Below, one piece after another: positions 60,696-64,000 of a stretch of 64,000 nucleotides of DNA (the stretch's first letter is position 1; each line of letters starts with the position of its first letter). Under the pieces are notes generated by a model. That model was not told the origin of the DNA and did no database searches. It saw nothing but the letters and a program-made list of their open reading frames with translations. Where the stretch lies: contig NW_005434658.1 in the NCBI RefSeq assembly GCF_000315625.1, positions 939,652 through 1,003,651 on the forward strand, read 5' to 3'. The position numbers and the translations under genes are program-made. Origin of the DNA: Guillardia theta CCMP2712. Lineage: Eukaryota; Protista; Cryptophyta.

Positions 60696-61049
60696 AATTG
60701 CTGGGAATGTACATCCGGTACCAAGATCAAGGGCGCATTACCGTTCGTCCCAGTGGAAGCCATCGCGAAATGACGAGAGCATGCTGCTGGGATGGGTAGG
60801 GGGATACAGGGGTGGTTGTCATGGGAATTTAAAAACCACCCCACCTGGTTTTTAAGCAACTAGGGGTGGGAGGGGGTGAATATAGGATGAGAGGGGGTGG
60901 GGGTGCAGGAACTGCTAGTTGTGACGGCTTGACTGGATGTAGAGTAAAGGTTTTAGTCAAGAATCCGACTCTCCGGCTCTGCCTCAGCGAATTTTTGAAG
61001 TGCACGTGAAGATGGCTTGTAAATGCTTAAAACTTTCACAGGAGAGGAG

Positions 61050-62765
61050 TAGGAGGAAATATCTGGACAGAGCATGAGGATGAGGAACAGAACATTGGCC
61101 ATAGCTTCAGATGGACGAACAAGATAGAAATTCAAAGGAGAAGGAGTAGACACTATTTGTTCTTGTGCTTGACGCAGCTTACAACGTTGCAGGAACAAGA
61201 ATGGTACTCCAACTTGATGTGGGAATAAACAAAGAAGACAGCAACAAGCTTCCTGCCATAGACGACTTCTTTGGCTCTTATGGAAAACACGCGAGCAATT
61301 TGGATGTACCATATCATGCCTCCATCATAGCTCGTTGAGCTTGTTTTAGGTTGAAAGACAGCACAATTCACCTCGCCAAACTGAACGAACCAAGAGAAAG
61401 GCGGTTCTTGAACCTGACGCACAAAAAGACAAAAGAACCAAAACAAAAACCGCCGCCAAGGCGTCATCTAAACTAGACAAAAAGATCGAAGCAAAGGAGA
61501 GTCAGGAAGATGAAGAAGAAGAGGAACAGGAGACAGGAGTCGACGCTGACTCAAGGGAGTCAGACGGCAATGAGGAAGAAGCGTTGGAGCGGACGCTGTT
61601 TGTGGGAGGAGTGCCTCTTGCATCTACGAGGAAATCGATCAAGAAGTTTTTCCAAGAATTCGGGTTCATCGAGTCAGTAAGAATGAGGAGTATTCCCATC
61701 AGTAATCCGGTGAACTTGAGAACGAAGCTAGTCCGATGCTCACTTTCGTGGTTAGAAATTGCCGAAAAAGACTTCTATTGCCTTGGGCATGGTCAATTCA
61801 GAAAGAGAAACCTGCAACGCGTATGTTCGCTTTAAGGTATTTCAAAAAGCAGCTGCAATAAGAATGACTGATTGTACCTCAGGAAAAGGGGTCTGTCGCG
61901 AAAGCGCTATCGAAGAATGGGTCTCTCATGGAGGGTCACAGGATCAAGGTATGTCATTCAACTTGAGTGTTGGGTTCACAAGGCCTTCAGGTTGACCATG
62001 CCAACATCTCAAAGAACTACAACGTTCGCTTGAGTGTTTTTGTCGGCAACTTGCCGTTCAACGCAGGCAAGCGATTCCACAAACATGTATTCAATCTAAA
62101 GTTTGCACAGAGGAAGAATCTTTACAAAAATTCTTCTCAAATTGCGGGGAAGTGACAAACGTACGAATCATAAGAGACAAGAAGACTTCGCTTGGTGCGA
62201 GCCATTCTCATAATGGATTCTTTCCTGAATCAAATGCTGGGAAGGGAAGGGCTTCGGATACGTCACCTTCACAAACGCAGAGGAAGTGCAGCTGGCATTG
62301 AAAAAGCATGAAGCAAAGTCAGTCTTCACGAAGGCAATTAGATTCTGATCTGCTCTGTCACGTAGATTTGAGGGACGAGCTCTGCGAGTGGTGAGGGCTG
62401 CCAAGCGACCAGCACAGACAGAAACTTCGAAAGGTTCCTCATGCAATATGAAATCTTCAAACGTTGACTCATGGATGTGCAGAGGACTCAGGAAAGTTTT
62501 CCGGAGCTAAGAGACGATTGCTTGAGAAAGGGAAGCAATTGGACGAGATTGACAAGGGGAAATCGAGCAAGAAAGCTAGAACAGTTCCACAGTAACAAAC
62601 TCGCACAACTATAAGACTTTTGTCTCATGATTGTTTCACAGGTTCAAAGCCCCGAAGCCCAAGGGAGGGATCGTCAAGGGTGGGAAGAAACGGATGAGGG
62701 CTAAGAAAGCTCAACAAGCTGCACAAAAAGCAGCTAAAAAGATGACCAAGAAACGAAAGACTTAG
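61050..62765 (+). CDS. RBM34: RBM34/Nop12-like nucleolar RNA-binding protein with two RRMs, multi-exon
   Basis: ERTLFVGGVP...GFIESVRMRS...NAYVRF, SVFVGNLPF, VRIIRDKKT..GKGFGYVTF; basic tail; 5' end approximate. Confidence 0.85.
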
Positions 62766-63839
62766 ATGCAATTCCTGTGGCTTAATCTCAACCTTTACAA
62801 TGTACTTTCCTCAAAACAAAGTTGTTTCCAAGCGAGTTTTAGACAGCTGAAAGAGAAAAGGACAAAACTTTGCAGGAAGGTGTCAGGAAGAATCTGAATG
62901 CACATGGTTGATATGGGAGGACCGGGCCCCTTCCCGACGCATGCACATCCGCGGCGCGTAGGGAGAGCGCAAGGGGACCGCAGGAAGCTGCGAGCAAGTG
63001 CTTGGTATAGTTCAAACAACTTTCTAAAGAGGAGGTCGAAGCTGTTGTATTTTCTTTATTGACTGAAAAAGAAAGGCAAACCGGAGCAAACAAAGGAGGG
63101 GGAGGGTCAAGCCGACAAACCCTACTAAGAAACGATGAAGGCAGCGAAAACCACTCCTCCAACCACGCAAGCGACGGCAGATCAGGACAAAGAGCAGTAG
63201 CGCAAAGCTCATGCGAGGAGGACGGCAAGACCCATGCGAGAGCGATACTTGAGGATTTAGGGGGGGGTATAGGGTTTAGGGTTTAGCACTGAGTAAATTC
63301 GCAGAGATGCATGTGCTGGCCTGCTCGCTGAAGGTGGACAAGAAGGACCGAGTGGAGATGAGGGAAGATGATGAAGAAGAGGAAGACATGGAAGAAGAGC
63401 AAGGCGAGGGCGAGGAAGGAGACGGGGCGAGCCCGTACCGAGCTTGAGCTGCGCTGAGCATGAAGCAAGACAACACGGCGAAGTCGAAGAGCAACCGACG
63501 AGCCAGCAAGGTAAGCAAAGTAAGGAGAAAAGGTAGGACTCCGGGAGGCAACCGAAGGCCAAGGTGAGGAGAGGCAACTCTTCTGACTGAGGCTGAGGAA
63601 GCTGAACAGAGGAAGAGTAGTTCAAGCGGCCGAAGGCCGAGGGGAGGAGAGGCAACTCTCCCGACCGAGGCTGACTGAGGAAGCCAAGAGAAGATTGCAG
63701 AAGCTAGTAGAAAGAAGGAAGAGACCTCAGAAGCAGGGTTAGCATTGTAGGCCGTGTACTCCCAGTGCTCGCGCGCCTCTTTAGACCAGGATCAAATTGA
63801 GAAAGCCCACAAATGAGGCCAAGCAAGGACTTAGAGTTC

Positions 63840-63952
63840 AGGGTTTAGTGTTTAGTGTTTAGTGTTTAGTGTTTAGTGTTGAGTGTTTAGTGTTGAGTGT
63901 TTAGTGTTTTTTAGGGTTTAGGGTTTAGTGTTTTTTAGGGTTTAGGGTTTAG
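63840..63952 (+). repeat. Degenerate telomere-like array (TTTAGGG / TTTAGTG / TTGAGTG)
   Basis: Direct reading; a shorter TTTAGGG patch also lies at about 63256-63287. Confidence 0.85.
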
Positions 63953-63957
63953 AGGGT

Positions 63958-64000
63958 CCTTATTTCCTGGCAGGTTCCTTATTTCCTGGCAGGTTCCTTA
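63958..64000. repeat. 19-bp tandem repeat (CCTTATTTCCTGGCAGGTT), truncated by the window end
   Basis: Two full copies plus a partial copy. Confidence 0.85.

Noticed and set aside
62900-63800. Gene in the Glu/Arg-rich low-complexity stretch
   Set aside because: Possibly coding, but exon structure and product could not be supported.
1-64000. tRNA or rRNA genes
   Set aside because: No cloverleaf or rRNA-conserved motifs recognised by eye; tRNAscan-SE or Infernal would be needed to exclude them.

Overview
Eukaryotic nuclear DNA in two compositionally distinct parts. (1) Positions 1 to about 10,690 are AT-rich (roughly 30% GC by eye), intronless and densely coding, and look like the right end of an endogenous dsDNA virus (Polinton-like virus or virophage type). 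This part holds a partial ORF, a P/Q-rich ORF and a giant fibre/adhesin gene split by a single frameshift at about 2,720. Fused, that gene would give about 2,860 aa: coiled coil, hydrophobic hairpin, repeats, LamG with a PA14 insert, tail-fibre repeats and an FTGSH...YHCG C-terminal domain. It is followed by a non-coding terminus with 83-bp direct repeats, a heptamer microsatellite and inverted 9-bp iteron-like motifs around an AT core. The element abuts a host HAD-like gene that lacks its 5' part. (2) Positions about 10,700 to 64,000 are about 50-55% GC host DNA with many short (~45-55 nt) spliceosomal introns. The style suggests a cryptophyte such as Guillardia theta (inference). Recognisable genes: EEP/sphingomyelinase-like enzyme, zeta-tubulin-like, MLF, DUF2993, prefoldin 1, LRRC9, GINS Psf2, S9-like hydrolase, PP2C, SLC43-type transporter, Lon protease, an XRCC1_N+DEK_C protein, ELO elongase and RBM34. 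Recurrent GC-rich motif-dense intergenic islands, signal-peptide+RLRGG proteins and interstitial telomere-like repeats are also present. No capsid, ATPase, polymerase or integrase hallmark gene is unambiguously visible, so the viral class is inferred. Multi-exon gene boundaries are approximate and all domain calls come from motif recognition, not database searches.
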